This document shows positions 38,515 to 48,607 of a stretch of 64,000 nucleotides of DNA, piece by piece; position 1 is the stretch's first letter, and every line of letters starts with the position of its first letter. Both the position numbers and the translations under genes were made by a program. The notes under the pieces are model-generated. The model was not told the DNA's origin and ran no database searches. It worked only from the letters and a program-made list of their open reading frames with translations. Source of the stretch: a virus; the IMG/VR virus record IMGVR_UViG_3300042923_000502, positions 32,001 to 96,000 of that record. One strand, given 5' to 3'.

Positions 38515-39550
38515 ACTCAATAATCTGCATATTTTTGTAGGTTTGCCAGGTAGCGGTAAAAGCACTAAGGCGAAAGAGATGGTAAAACAAAACGGTAACA
38601 CAATTTTACTATCGACAGACGCTATTAGAGCAGAACTTGGTGATGTGAATGATCAAAGCAAGAACAATGAAGTATACGAAATATATTATAAACGCGCAGA
38701 AGAAGCGCTCAAAGAAGGAAAAGATGTAATTCTTGATGCTACCAATACAACTGTAAAGTCAAGACGAGTTGCGGTTGAGCGATTGAGAAAATATGTGACA
38801 AGAATTGTAGCTCATTATTTTAATGTCGATTATGAAGTATGTTTATACAGAAATAACACAAGAGATAGAGTTGTTCCATATGATGTAATTAAACGTATGT
38901 ACAAGGCACTTCAAATTCCAACTTGGTCAGAAGGATTCGATAATATCGTATTTCATAGTGACGAAGGAATAGAATTTGATGATGATCTCCTAAATGGAAT
39001 TTGTGGTATGAATCTAAGAGGAATGGAAGATTATATTTCAATGCCACAGACATATGAAGAAATTATGGGAGGTAATCCATTTTGGGGTAATATACTTCAA
39101 GAGATTTGGGAGCTTCCACAAGACAACTCATTTCATTCCTTTAGTGTAAGTAGACACACATACTATGTTTGGAAGTATATTCGTGAAAACTACGATGGAG
39201 AAGATAAGATTGCTATGTTATGGGCGGCATTGTTTCACGATGCTGGTAAAGGATTTTGCAAAAACTTCAAGAAATACGAAGATGGTAGCGTAGCACGTTA
39301 TGCTAACTTTGTTGGGCATGAAAATGTGAGTGCTCAAATGGCGGCTATCGTATTGAGTCAATATTATGACACAGAATTTGTATTGAAAGTAATTGAAATC
39401 ATTCAATATCACATGCGTTTGATGCAAATTGGTGGAGATGGATCAATTCATAGCTTGGATAAATCATATAGAAAGTTGAATAAATTCCTTGGTGATAGCT
39501 TAACGGAGAAACTTGAGTTTTTCTATGAAGCAGATACTAATGCAAAATAA
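38507..39550 (+). CDS. Polynucleotide kinase (AAA_33) fused to HD phosphohydrolase
   Basis: GLPGSGKST, LSTDAIR, LDATN, RNNTRDRVVP; HDAGK and GHENVSA. Confidence 0.88.
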   Translation: MGKLNNLHIFVGLPGSGKSTKAKEMVKQNGNTILLSTDAIRAELGDVNDQSKNNEVYEIYYKRAEEALKEGKDVILDATNTTVKSRRVAVERLRKYVTRIVAHYFNVDYEVCLYRNNTRDRVVPYDVIKRMYKALQIPTWSEGFDNIVFHSDEGIEFDDDLLNGICGMNLRGMEDYISMPQTYEEIMGGNPFWGNILQEIWELPQDNSFHSFSVSRHTYYVWKYIRENYDGEDKIAMLWAALFHDAGKGFCKNFKKYEDGSVARYANFVGHENVSAQMAAIVLSQYYDTEFVLKVIEIIQYHMRLMQIGGDGSIHSLDKSYRKLNKFLGDSLTEKLEFFYEADTNAK

Positions 39551-39568
39551 AATGAAAGGATAAAAGAT

Positions 39569-40312
39569 ATGAATCTTTATGGAGTGGGTGGAGTTTATAA
39601 AATAACAAATTCTCACAATGGGAAAGTGTATATTGGAAGCTCAAATAATATAGGTATTAGATGGAATAAACATCTTAGCTTGCTTAGAAATGGAAAAAGT
39701 AAACAGAAGTTAATGCAAAAAGATTTTGATAGACATGGAGAAAGTTTATTTAGTATATCAATTTTAGAGAAGATAAATGTCGAAAAAGAAAGGTTTGAAA
39801 GGGAAGATTTTTATATTGAAAAATTTAAATCATACAATGAAGAGTTTGGATACAATACCCATCAAAAGTCAACTTCTCCAGTTGGAAGAAAAGTTAGTGA
39901 AGAAACAAGAAAGAAGATTGGAGAATCTCAGATAGGAAAAAAATTAAGTGAAGATCATAAGAATAATATTTCAGAAGGATTAAAAGGAAGAGTTCAATCA
40001 GAAAAAACTAAAAGAATAATAAGTGAAAAAAATAGAAGAAAACATATTTCACTTGAAGATGAGGTTTCAATAAGAAGTAAAATATTAAGTGGAATTTTAG
40101 CTAAAGAAATTGCAAAGGAATTTAAACTTAACCAGATAACAATAGGAAGAATTAGAAAGGAAATGGAAAAAGAAGGTTTGCTAATGTCAAAAAAAGAAAG
40201 AAACACAAGAATAAAAAACGATTTGAAAAATGGAATTTCTATTAAAGAAATTTCTAAAAAATACAATATAACAGAAACAAGTGTACGAAATAAGAAAAAG
40301 GAGATGGAATAA
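39569..40312 (+). CDS. GIY-YIG homing endonuclease with NUMOD3 repeats
   Basis: GVYKITN...VYIGSS; SEETRKKIG, SEDHKNNIS, SEKTKRIIS. Confidence 0.9.
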   Translation: MNLYGVGGVYKITNSHNGKVYIGSSNNIGIRWNKHLSLLRNGKSKQKLMQKDFDRHGESLFSISILEKINVEKERFEREDFYIEKFKSYNEEFGYNTHQKSTSPVGRKVSEETRKKIGESQIGKKLSEDHKNNISEGLKGRVQSEKTKRIISEKNRRKHISLEDEVSIRSKILSGILAKEIAKEFKLNQITIGRIRKEMEKEGLLMSKKERNTRIKNDLKNGISIKEISKKYNITETSVRNKKKEME

Positions 40313-40315
40313 AAA

Positions 40316-41224
40316 ATGAGTCAAAAAAAATTCTGTGACGTTATAAGATATGGTCATAAGACAACCAAAGGAATATTCAATATTGGTGATCCAATTACAG
40401 TAACAGAGAAAATTGACGGTGCAAATGCAAGTTTTAAACGTGATGGAGATAAGGTTCTTGCATTTTCTCGCAATAATCCTCTTGATGAATCAAATAATCT
40501 TGGTGGATTCTATCAATGGGTTCAAGCGAATATTGACCCTAAAAAGCTTCTTGATGGTGTAATTTATTTTGGAGAATGGCTAAATCCACACAAAGTTAAA
40601 TATGCACCTGAACACACTAAGACCTTCATTCTCTTTGCTATCTTCAATGAATTCACACAAGAATATGTAAACTTCTCTATGGTTAAAGATGAAGCAAGAC
40701 GTTTGAATCTAAAACTTGTTCCAGTGTTTTATGAAGGTGAATATCAATCCTTTGAACATCTTCAATCTTTCGTAGGAAGAACGGAATTGGGCGGTGTACT
40801 TGGTGGAGAGCCTATGGGAGAAGGTGTTGTAATTGTTAACTACGATTACAAAGACAAGTACGGCAATCAAATTTTCACTAAGATGGTTGTTGAAAAGTTC
40901 CGTGAAGTACAAAGCCAAAAAGAACCACGTGATCCTAATACTCCTGAATCCATTGAATCTCTATGGGTGAAAGATAATATGACAAAAGCACGTGTAGAAA
41001 AGATGTTGCATAAATTGGTGGATGAAGGTATAATAGAGGAAGAGTTCGGTATCGAAGATATGGGTACTATCCTCAAAAACATTAATCGGCGCTTGATTGA
41101 AGATATGATCAAGGAAGAAGTTGATTACTTGCCAGAAGGATATGAACAAAAGGAAATCGGTAGAGCGGTTGCTGCGAAGTCTCCAACGATTATTAAGGAG
41201 ATCATTAAAGAAAGACAAGTGTAA
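40316..41224 (+). CDS. Rnl2-like RNA ligase family protein
   Basis: TEKIDGAN, FGEW, VPVFYEG, GEGVV. Confidence 0.8.
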   Translation: MSQKKFCDVIRYGHKTTKGIFNIGDPITVTEKIDGANASFKRDGDKVLAFSRNNPLDESNNLGGFYQWVQANIDPKKLLDGVIYFGEWLNPHKVKYAPEHTKTFILFAIFNEFTQEYVNFSMVKDEARRLNLKLVPVFYEGEYQSFEHLQSFVGRTELGGVLGGEPMGEGVVIVNYDYKDKYGNQIFTKMVVEKFREVQSQKEPRDPNTPESIESLWVKDNMTKARVEKMLHKLVDEGIIEEEFGIEDMGTILKNINRRLIEDMIKEEVDYLPEGYEQKEIGRAVAAKSPTIIKEIIKERQV

Positions 41225-41250
41225 GATAAAATAAAAGGAGGAATTTCTAA

Positions 41251-41478
41251 GTGTCAAAAGAAGTTGGAATTGGACTTATAACAAAGACAGTATTGCACTT
41301 CTTAAATATTATTGATAACAGAGGTGTAGTGCTTATTACAAATGAAGTGACTATGAAGGAAGTTCTCAAGATTGCAATTGAGTATAACATTCCTGACCAT
41401 CTAATGACAAACAAGAAAGTGAGAATTGTCGATGATAATTGCTCGCTAGGTTATTTTACTGCTATCACATTTGAATAA
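41251..41478 (+). CDS. Hypothetical protein
   Basis: RBS AGGAGG. Confidence 0.65.
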   Translation: MSKEVGIGLITKTVLHFLNIIDNRGVVLITNEVTMKEVLKIAIEYNIPDHLMTNKKVRIVDDNCSLGYFTAITFE

Positions 41479-41491
41479 GGAGGAATATGTC

Positions 41492-41707
41492 ATGAAAATG
41501 TATACGAATATGGAGTCTTGGAAAGAATTCAAAGATTGGAATCCTGAAGGAGAAGAAATTTGGGTGTGGAGATACGAATCAGAAGTGCAAGATGATAAAG
41601 TTTACGAAATTGAAGTTGATACAGATGATGTTTTCGATCTTGCAATTGAATTTGATGAATACGATGACGCATTCTTAATTCCATTAAACTCAGTTGACTG
41701 GGTATAG
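41492..41707 (+). CDS. Acidic hypothetical protein
   Basis: RBS AGGAGG. Confidence 0.65.
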   Translation: MKMYTNMESWKEFKDWNPEGEEIWVWRYESEVQDDKVYEIEVDTDDVFDLAIEFDEYDDAFLIPLNSVDWV

Positions 41708-41717
41708 GAGGATAAAC

Positions 41718-42938
41718 ATGACTTACATTGACATTCAAATTCCATCAAAAGTTGATCACATTATGGATGTTATTGGTGATTATGGTCACTCTGCTTATGT
41801 GGTCGGAGGATGCGTAAGAGATTCCCTTTTGGGCATCTCTCCCAAAGATTGGGATATTGCAACAAGCATGAATCCAAAGACAGTTATTTTGGCATTCGAA
41901 AACCTTGGATACACAGTTGTTCCTACTGGAATTAAACATGGAACAGTAACTATTGTTATTGATGGAGAGCATTTTGAAGTTACCACATATCGCAAAGATG
42001 GAAACTATTCTGATGGACGTAGACCAGATGAAGTTGTATTTACACATCTTATTGAAGAAGATTTGGCACGTAGAGATTTCACAATTAATGCTATGGCTTA
42101 CAATGAAGATGGTTTAGTCGATCCATTCAATGGCTACTATGATCTTCAAGCTAAAATCATTAGAGCGGTAGGAGTACCATCTGATCGTTTTAAAGAAGAT
42201 GGATTGCGTATGTTACGTGCTATTCGATTCTCAGCGACCCTTGGATTTGATATTGAACCAAGAACATATCATGCAATTTTTAACAATCATTGTTTACTAG
42301 AAAATATTTCTGTAGAGCGTAAACGTGAAGAATTGTATAAGATACTTCTTTCCGACAATGCTAGACAAGGAATACTTGATTTGCAAAGAACGTTGTTGAT
42401 GGATCATATCATTTCAGAAATTACAGATGAAAATTTTCTTGATCTTGACAAAATTCCTAAATTTTATGGACTACGTTTAGCTTATTTGCTACTCGACTTT
42501 CATGAGGATAAAGTTAGAGAAATTCTAAACAGTTTAAAGGTTGACAATGAAACAAAGAAGTTGATTATTAATGGCATTGGTGGATATGATCAGATTGATG
42601 ACAAATTTTTCATTACAAGTTACGAAATGAAAAATTTAATCCGCAATTACGGATCACGTGCATTTTGGGGTTCATTGTTGATTGCCAAGTCTTTACATGG
42701 AGACGAATACAATCATATGATCAATTTGTATCAAATTATCATGAACAACAACAAGCAGGGGAAAGAACCTATTTGGCTTAAAGACTTAGCTATTGATGGA
42801 AATGATGTAAAGAAAATGGGTTATGAAGGAAAAGAAATAAGATATGTGCTTGACGAACTTCTTTCATATGTCACATATTTTCCTGAGAGAAACAATAGAG
42901 AATCGCTATTTTCATACATGGAAGGAGGTGTAATATAA
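41718..42938 (+). CDS. cca: Class II tRNA nucleotidyltransferase (CCA-adding)
   Basis: VGGCVRD, DWDIAT, DLARRDFTINAMA, DPFNG, EDGLRMLRAIRF. Confidence 0.92.
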   Translation: MTYIDIQIPSKVDHIMDVIGDYGHSAYVVGGCVRDSLLGISPKDWDIATSMNPKTVILAFENLGYTVVPTGIKHGTVTIVIDGEHFEVTTYRKDGNYSDGRRPDEVVFTHLIEEDLARRDFTINAMAYNEDGLVDPFNGYYDLQAKIIRAVGVPSDRFKEDGLRMLRAIRFSATLGFDIEPRTYHAIFNNHCLLENISVERKREELYKILLSDNARQGILDLQRTLLMDHIISEITDENFLDLDKIPKFYGLRLAYLLLDFHEDKVREILNSLKVDNETKKLIINGIGGYDQIDDKFFITSYEMKNLIRNYGSRAFWGSLLIAKSLHGDEYNHMINLYQIIMNNNKQGKEPIWLKDLAIDGNDVKKMGYEGKEIRYVLDELLSYVTYFPERNNRESLFSYMEGGVI

Positions 42939-42939
42939 A

Positions 42940-43161
42940 ATGTACAAATTTTTGGGAGTAGTACTAATCATTGTTGGAGTGCTTGCATTTCTATATCTTG
43001 GGATTGGATTGGGTATCATTGGATTTGTTCACATTTTTACTGGAGTAGGATCATTGTTTTGGAACATTTGCCTTATCGCTTTCCGTGGTTTGATTGCTTT
43101 TATTGTTGGTGGACTAGGAGTATTCGCTGGAATTTACATGTGGGCAAAAGGTGAGAAATGA
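42940..43161 (+). CDS. Small membrane protein
   Basis: Hydrophobic; RBS GGAGGTG. Confidence 0.7.
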   Translation: MYKFLGVVLIIVGVLAFLYLGIGLGIIGFVHIFTGVGSLFWNICLIAFRGLIAFIVGGLGVFAGIYMWAKGEK

Positions 43162-43356
43162 TGTTCATAATAATTCTTATATTATTTTTGGCATCTGCGT
43201 GGAATATGAATAGAGACACAAATCAATTGCCTGAGGAAAAAGCAACTCCATTAATAATTTTACATTCCTTTATATCCATTGCGGTAATAATATTAGGTCT
43301 TATTGTAGGAGAATGGATTAAGTATTTATAAGATGTAAGATAAAATAAATAATCCC

Positions 43357-43385
43357 TTGACTTTTAGGAGTGAAGGGATTATAAT
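43357..43385 (+). promoter_or_regulatory. sigmaA promoter
   Basis: TTGACT-17-TATAAT. Confidence 0.75.
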
Positions 43386-43422
43386 ACATAATATAACAAC
43401 AACACATAAGGAGTTGACCGAT

Positions 43423-43563
43423 ATGACATTTTTCGGCAAAGTTATTGATGGCAAACCTAGTATTATTGTGGCGAATGGTGAAAGCAAAGGTAATCACATG
43501 ACTCTTGAAGGCTTTGTTAAGATGAAGCAAGGATTGAGAGAAAGAACAGCAAATGAAAGATAA
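43423..43563 (+). CDS. 46-aa hypothetical protein
   Basis: RBS AAGGAG after promoter. Confidence 0.6.
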   Translation: MTFFGKVIDGKPSIIVANGESKGNHMTLEGFVKMKQGLRERTANER

Positions 43564-43651
43564 AATGATAACAGATTAGCGCATTGACAAATGGGAGTTG
43601 ATGCGCTAAGATAGTGACAAGTAGAAGATAAAATGAAAGGAAGATAGTACA

Positions 43652-44083
43652 ATGGGTACACATGAGAAAGTGATGGAATTCATTAATCTTGTCAAAGGTC
43701 ATAAAAACCATGGCACAGGTTATGATGCTCATGAAATTATTGAACGAGTCTACAAGAATGGGAATTGCTATATGTTCGCCAAAACATTGCAATTCATCTT
43801 TCCTCAAGCCGAAATATATAGTGTTGATTGCAGTTGGTTTAGCCATGTAGTAGCTAAAATTGATGGAAAATTGTATGATATCACAGGAGAAGTGAGTGAT
43901 GAATATTCTTACTCTCCTATCTCAAAAGAAGAAGAGGAAGATGCAAGAACATGGTGCTACTCAACATATCTTGATGGTGCTTATGGTCTTCATGACCAAA
44001 GAAATAATCCAATTGAAAAACTCAGTGACTTGAGGATGAATGCTACTAATACGGGTTGGGATATTGAATCATGCCTAAATTAA
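43652..44083 (+). CDS. Hypothetical phage protein
   Basis: YKNGNCYMFA...HVVAKIDGKLYDITG. Confidence 0.75.
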   Translation: MGTHEKVMEFINLVKGHKNHGTGYDAHEIIERVYKNGNCYMFAKTLQFIFPQAEIYSVDCSWFSHVVAKIDGKLYDITGEVSDEYSYSPISKEEEEDARTWCYSTYLDGAYGLHDQRNNPIEKLSDLRMNATNTGWDIESCLN

Positions 44084-44286
44084 TGATGCGCAATGGCGAC
44101 TTCATGAATGTTCGATGTGAAAAGTGTGGAAGTTTTGTCCTTAAAAATCTTTGGGGTCAAAGATGGTGTTGGAGTAGTAAATGTGGATGGTTTGATGACA
44201 CTATAACAACGGACTATCCATTGCCTAAAGATGAAGAAACTAAAACCGAAAAGCCTAAAAAGGTTGTCAAACGCAAGAAAAAATAA
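44071..44286 (+). CDS. Zn-ribbon protein
   Basis: CEKC...CWSSKC. Confidence 0.6.
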   Translation: MPKLMMRNGDFMNVRCEKCGSFVLKNLWGQRWCWSSKCGWFDDTITTDYPLPKDEETKTEKPKKVVKRKKK

Positions 44287-44315
44287 AAACTTTCCATTAA
44301 AAGGAGAAATTAAAA

Positions 44316-46361
44316 ATGACAATTCAAGTTAACGCTCAAAACTATGACAATAGCAAACATGACTACCCAGGATTTTTGGATTCTATCAAAGCAAATTTCA
44401 ATGCTATTGTTGGTAGTGGAGTATCACTTTTCACTACGGACGTTCAAGAGGATTTGTTTGAAGTATTCTTGAGCAATATTGGTGAAGATGCAAGAGGTCA
44501 TTATACTTGCCGCGAATGCGCAAAGTTCGTTAATCGTTTTGGTGGATTGGTTACAATTAAAGACAAGGGTAAAGTTGTTCCTGTAATGTGGGATGACAAA
44601 AATGTACCTTCATACTTTGCTAATGCCGTAAAAGAGTTGAAGAAAGTTGTGGCTAAAGCAACGGTTACAGGAGTATTCTATACTAGCGAAAATAAGCTTG
44701 GTCAGCCAAAAACTGGTGTATGGAATCATATGAATGTTGAACTTCCAAGAGATATGATCTTTAAGGATGTTGTCAAGACAGCGGATCAAAAAATGGCACA
44801 ACGACTTCAAGACTTCATCAACCTTTCCGATAGTTTGAAAGATTACAAACTTGAAACCACAAATACAGCACTTGAACTTTTAACAAGTGATGCTCTCTAT
44901 AGAACGGATAAAGTTCTTGGTGTAGCTAAATGGTTCCAAAAAGTTCAAGAAGAGTATGCAAGTGTCAAAGTGGCTAAAACCAAGAAAAATGTTATTTGGA
45001 AAGCCGTAGCGACAGCGCCAGTTAAGTTCCCGCAAGTAAGAAGCTCAATGATTGGTACGCTTCTTGATGACATCGAAGAAGGACTTGATTTTGCATCTAT
45101 TAGTACAAGATTTAAGAGCAAAATGAGTACCTACATGATCTCACAAGCGGCACCATCCGATGGCAATGTACAACAAGCCGAAAAACTTGTTAAGCAACTT
45201 GGCATTGAGAACTCATTGATTAGAGAGTATGCAAAGCTTGATGATATTCCTGAATTCATTTGGAGAGATAAGAAGCATGAACCGAAAGTTTTAAAAGGAG
45301 AAGTTGGCGGAATCTTTGGGAATATTGTTACCAAACAAAAAGAGCAGGCACAAACAAGTCCTCAAATGGCTATGCCTACAAGTACTATGACATGGAAGAA
45401 GTTTGAAGAAACCGTATTGGGATCAGCGGAAAAGATTGAAGTTTCCGTTGATAATACCAATCGTCTCATGGCATTGGTCAATGCATATGACAAAACATCT
45501 CCTAATATTCTTCAATGGGACAATGCTTTTAGTTGGTATTATCATGGTGGTATTGATGGTGAAATGAAGAAGCGTATTGAGAATGCTGGTGGACGTTATA
45601 GTAACAATGAAATTCGTTGCTCATTGATTTGGGATGGATATACGGATTTGGACATCCATTGCATTACACCTAACGGAACTCATATTTATTGGCAGAGTAA
45701 GAAAGACTTCCGTAGTGGAGGACATCTTGATATTGATGCAAATGGTATTGATGGAAAAACAATGACTCCAGTTGAGAATATGAGATGGGCAGATAATGCT
45801 CCCGAAGGGAATTATAGATTCTATGTAAATAACTTCTCTCAACATGGATACGGTGAAACTTCGTTCAAGGTAGAGCTTGAAATCAATGGCAAGATTTATA
45901 CTAAGACAGGATCATTAGGTAACAAGCGTCAAGTCGATGTGTTCAACTTTAGATACATCAAGGGACAACAACCCAACATTCAATCGGAAAGTGTGTCTTC
46001 AAGCCAAGATTGGAACATTCCATTGAATACGTTCGTGGAAGTTAGGGGAATTGTCAATTCTCCTAACATGTGGGGAAGTAAGAAAGTGACAAATGCAGGG
46101 CATCACATCTTCTTCTTAATTAATGGTTGCAAGGATTTGTCCGAAGGAAAGGGAAGAGGATTCTTTGTGGAAAGCCTTAAACCGGAATTCCATGAGATTA
46201 GAAAGACGTTACAAGCATATACCGCAACCACTCCAATCTACGGTGTTGAAGAAGCATCAGCGTGTGGTGTAGGACATTCGAAAGATAGTGAATGGAATTT
46301 GCTTGTGAGAGTGAAAACCAATAATACAACACGTGTAATCAAGATTGATAGATGGGATTAA
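44316..46361 (+). CDS. Large phage protein with YfaP/DUF2135-like domain
   Basis: CREC; SLIWD..TDLDIH..PNG...LDIDAN...VEN..W...GNY. Confidence 0.7.
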   Translation: MTIQVNAQNYDNSKHDYPGFLDSIKANFNAIVGSGVSLFTTDVQEDLFEVFLSNIGEDARGHYTCRECAKFVNRFGGLVTIKDKGKVVPVMWDDKNVPSYFANAVKELKKVVAKATVTGVFYTSENKLGQPKTGVWNHMNVELPRDMIFKDVVKTADQKMAQRLQDFINLSDSLKDYKLETTNTALELLTSDALYRTDKVLGVAKWFQKVQEEYASVKVAKTKKNVIWKAVATAPVKFPQVRSSMIGTLLDDIEEGLDFASISTRFKSKMSTYMISQAAPSDGNVQQAEKLVKQLGIENSLIREYAKLDDIPEFIWRDKKHEPKVLKGEVGGIFGNIVTKQKEQAQTSPQMAMPTSTMTWKKFEETVLGSAEKIEVSVDNTNRLMALVNAYDKTSPNILQWDNAFSWYYHGGIDGEMKKRIENAGGRYSNNEIRCSLIWDGYTDLDIHCITPNGTHIYWQSKKDFRSGGHLDIDANGIDGKTMTPVENMRWADNAPEGNYRFYVNNFSQHGYGETSFKVELEINGKIYTKTGSLGNKRQVDVFNFRYIKGQQPNIQSESVSSSQDWNIPLNTFVEVRGIVNSPNMWGSKKVTNAGHHIFFLINGCKDLSEGKGRGFFVESLKPEFHEIRKTLQAYTATTPIYGVEEASACGVGHSKDSEWNLLVRVKTNNTTRVIKIDRWD

Positions 46362-46421
46362 TTTAAATGTATCATTGGGCGGCTAACTTGTCGCCCAATG
46401 GATTCATTAAAGGAGGACAAT

Positions 46422-46796
46422 ATGGATTCTAGAGAAATTTTTGATCTAATTCGTGCATGGGAATATGATGCAGGAGAATCATTTGTTGATTATTGGGGAT
46501 ACAATCTAAATGTTCCAAATTTCATGTTTTGGTGTGTTGGTAAAGGTGTATTGACACAAGCTCAATTTAACGTATGGGAAAGAGATTTTCAATTAAAGGG
46601 TATATTTGACTCATTGAAAGCAAGTGATCCAAACTATTTCATTGACGGAGACACTACAGAAGAATTGGCTTATGCTATTGGCGATATGGACAATGAACAA
46701 TTCTACGGATTAATTACATTGTCTCAATTTATTGCGGATAGCATGATTTATCAAAAGAGATTAATGGACTTCTTGAACAATGTAGAGGGTGATTAA
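46422..46796 (+). CDS. Hypothetical protein
   Basis: RBS AGGAGG. Confidence 0.7.
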   Translation: MDSREIFDLIRAWEYDAGESFVDYWGYNLNVPNFMFWCVGKGVLTQAQFNVWERDFQLKGIFDSLKASDPNYFIDGDTTEELAYAIGDMDNEQFYGLITLSQFIADSMIYQKRLMDFLNNVEGD

Positions 46797-46798
46797 TA

Positions 46799-47188
46799 AT
46801 AATTTACAATTTAATTGTTGCAGGTGGAAGAGACTTTGATGACTTTGAACTACTTGAACGAGAAGTCTTGTCTTTCATCAAAGAAAAAGGCTTAAACTTA
46901 CGAGAAGTTAAGATTGTAAGTGGTGGTGCAGATGGTGCAGACACATTAGGCGAAGAGTTTGCTAAGAAGTATAAGATGAAACTTTGTCGTAAAAAGGCGA
47001 ATTGGAACAAGTACGGTAGAGCCGCTGGTCCGATTCGCAATAAAGAGATGGCGGTTTATGCTAAGGGTGGCGGTTGTATATGTTTTTGGGATGGAGAAAG
47101 TTCTGGAACAGCTAATATGATTTGGAATTCGAACCAAGAGCAATATGATCTTGATTCAAAGGTTGTATACTATGAAAAAAAAGGATGA
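46799..47188 (+). CDS. SLOG-family (DUF2493/YspA-like) protein, probable non-canonical start
   Basis: IVAGGRDF (upstream of called TTG), IVSGGADGAD, AGPIRNKEM, FWDGESSGT. Confidence 0.8.
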   Translation: MIYNLIVAGGRDFDDFELLEREVLSFIKEKGLNLREVKIVSGGADGADTLGEEFAKKYKMKLCRKKANWNKYGRAAGPIRNKEMAVYAKGGGCICFWDGESSGTANMIWNSNQEQYDLDSKVVYYEKKG

Positions 47189-47195
47189 TGAATAA

Positions 47196-47924
47196 ATGGC
47201 TATTGTTTTTATTGACGATGAAATTCGCGGACAATTGGCTAACTCTATTAAATTCTCAAGAGACTTTTACGCAAAACCAAGCAACATTTTATTGGAGCAT
47301 CCAAATGGAGAAGATTATATTGTATTGAAGAATAGACATTTTTATAATCACGACAAACAAATTCGTCCATCAGATATAAATGAATATACTAAGTTAGAAG
47401 AAAGAGTTGTTTACAATACTATTCTTAATGGTGGTTATCATATGGTGGCAAGAGAATTGAATGTAAATGGAATGAATCTCATTATTGACAAAGATTTTCT
47501 AAATCCAAATGGACAAAGAATTTTAGAGGAGATGATTAGTGTGAGTGAGGAAAACAACTTTGAAATTGGAGACAAGGTAGTGCCGACTGGCGATAGTTTA
47601 CACTATCCAATAGATGAAACTACTGCTTGGAAAGGTGCAAAACAAATCAACCAGCCATTCCTTTATGTTGTTGGATTTGGTAAAATTAAGGGAAAGTGTT
47701 CGGTAAATGTTAATTATGTAAAAAATGGGTGTCCACTTAGCTATTTTACAAAAGAAAATCTTAAACATTATGAGGAACAAAAAATAGGTGTTGCAGAATC
47801 GGAAGAAGAAGAACAAGAATATACCAACAGTGAATTTGAATATACGGTCGAAGAGTTGATTTTTCTCATTGAAACAGGAATTCTTCAACCTCAAGACGTT
47901 CTATTTGTCAAACGTGTAAAATAA
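47196..47924 (+). CDS. Hypothetical protein with IGDKVxP...QxFLY domain
   Basis: Domain shared with 48299 and 49137 genes. Confidence 0.7.
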   Translation: MAIVFIDDEIRGQLANSIKFSRDFYAKPSNILLEHPNGEDYIVLKNRHFYNHDKQIRPSDINEYTKLEERVVYNTILNGGYHMVARELNVNGMNLIIDKDFLNPNGQRILEEMISVSEENNFEIGDKVVPTGDSLHYPIDETTAWKGAKQINQPFLYVVGFGKIKGKCSVNVNYVKNGCPLSYFTKENLKHYEEQKIGVAESEEEEQEYTNSEFEYTVEELIFLIETGILQPQDVLFVKRVK

Positions 47925-47982
47925 TGAATACAAGTGATAGATAAAACCAAACTTTTATCTATCACTCAAAGGAGAGAGTAAA

Positions 47983-48306
47983 ATGATGGAGATTAACTAT
48001 ATGAATATTGGAGAATTTGCTGATGATGGCTATTTGCAAGAAGTTAATAGAAGATTCTTTCATCCTCTTGGATTAGCTCTTGAAGTTAACACTCATGAGG
48101 ACGGAAGTAAGACTTTAGGCGGGATTTGGGACTACCGCGAAAGTCCAACAGGAGTTTACTTTGCCGATTCTATTACAAAGCTTGAGAAGTTCAAAAGTCG
48201 TGCGGAGAGATTCGATGAATTATTTCAGAAAAAGCTGCTTGAGCGCTATAACCTTCTAGGATATGGGATTCAAGAACCTTATAAGGGAGACGATGAGAAT
48301 GTATAA
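47983..48306 (+). CDS. Hypothetical phage protein
   Basis: GYLQEVNRRFFHPLGLALE. Confidence 0.75.
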   Translation: MMEINYMNIGEFADDGYLQEVNRRFFHPLGLALEVNTHEDGSKTLGGIWDYRESPTGVYFADSITKLEKFKSRAERFDELFQKKLLERYNLLGYGIQEPYKGDDENV

Positions 48307-48607
48307 AATAGGTGATAAAGTACGACCAGTAGCTAAAACTGTAGGAATGCCGTGGGATCAGTGTGGTGCTATTCGTGAAATGGAAAGACTAAATCAAGAT
48401 TTCCTTTATGTTACCTACGTTTACAATAGGAACACATTTGGTTGCAATGTTATGGATGAAGATATTGTATTGAGTGAATTTGCTCTTAGTGATCTTGAGC
48501 CGTATGAAGAGTCTTCAAATCTCATAGAAGTAGACAGAACTTCGCTACTTCAATTGTTGCAAGAAAACTTTTTCAAGGAAGATGTTCGGTTTTTCATATC
48601 TAAGTAA
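48299..48607 (+). CDS. Hypothetical protein
   Basis: YKIGDKVRP..KTVG...QDFLYV. Confidence 0.7.
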   Translation: MYKIGDKVRPVAKTVGMPWDQCGAIREMERLNQDFLYVTYVYNRNTFGCNVMDEDIVLSEFALSDLEPYEESSNLIEVDRTSLLQLLQENFFKEDVRFFISK

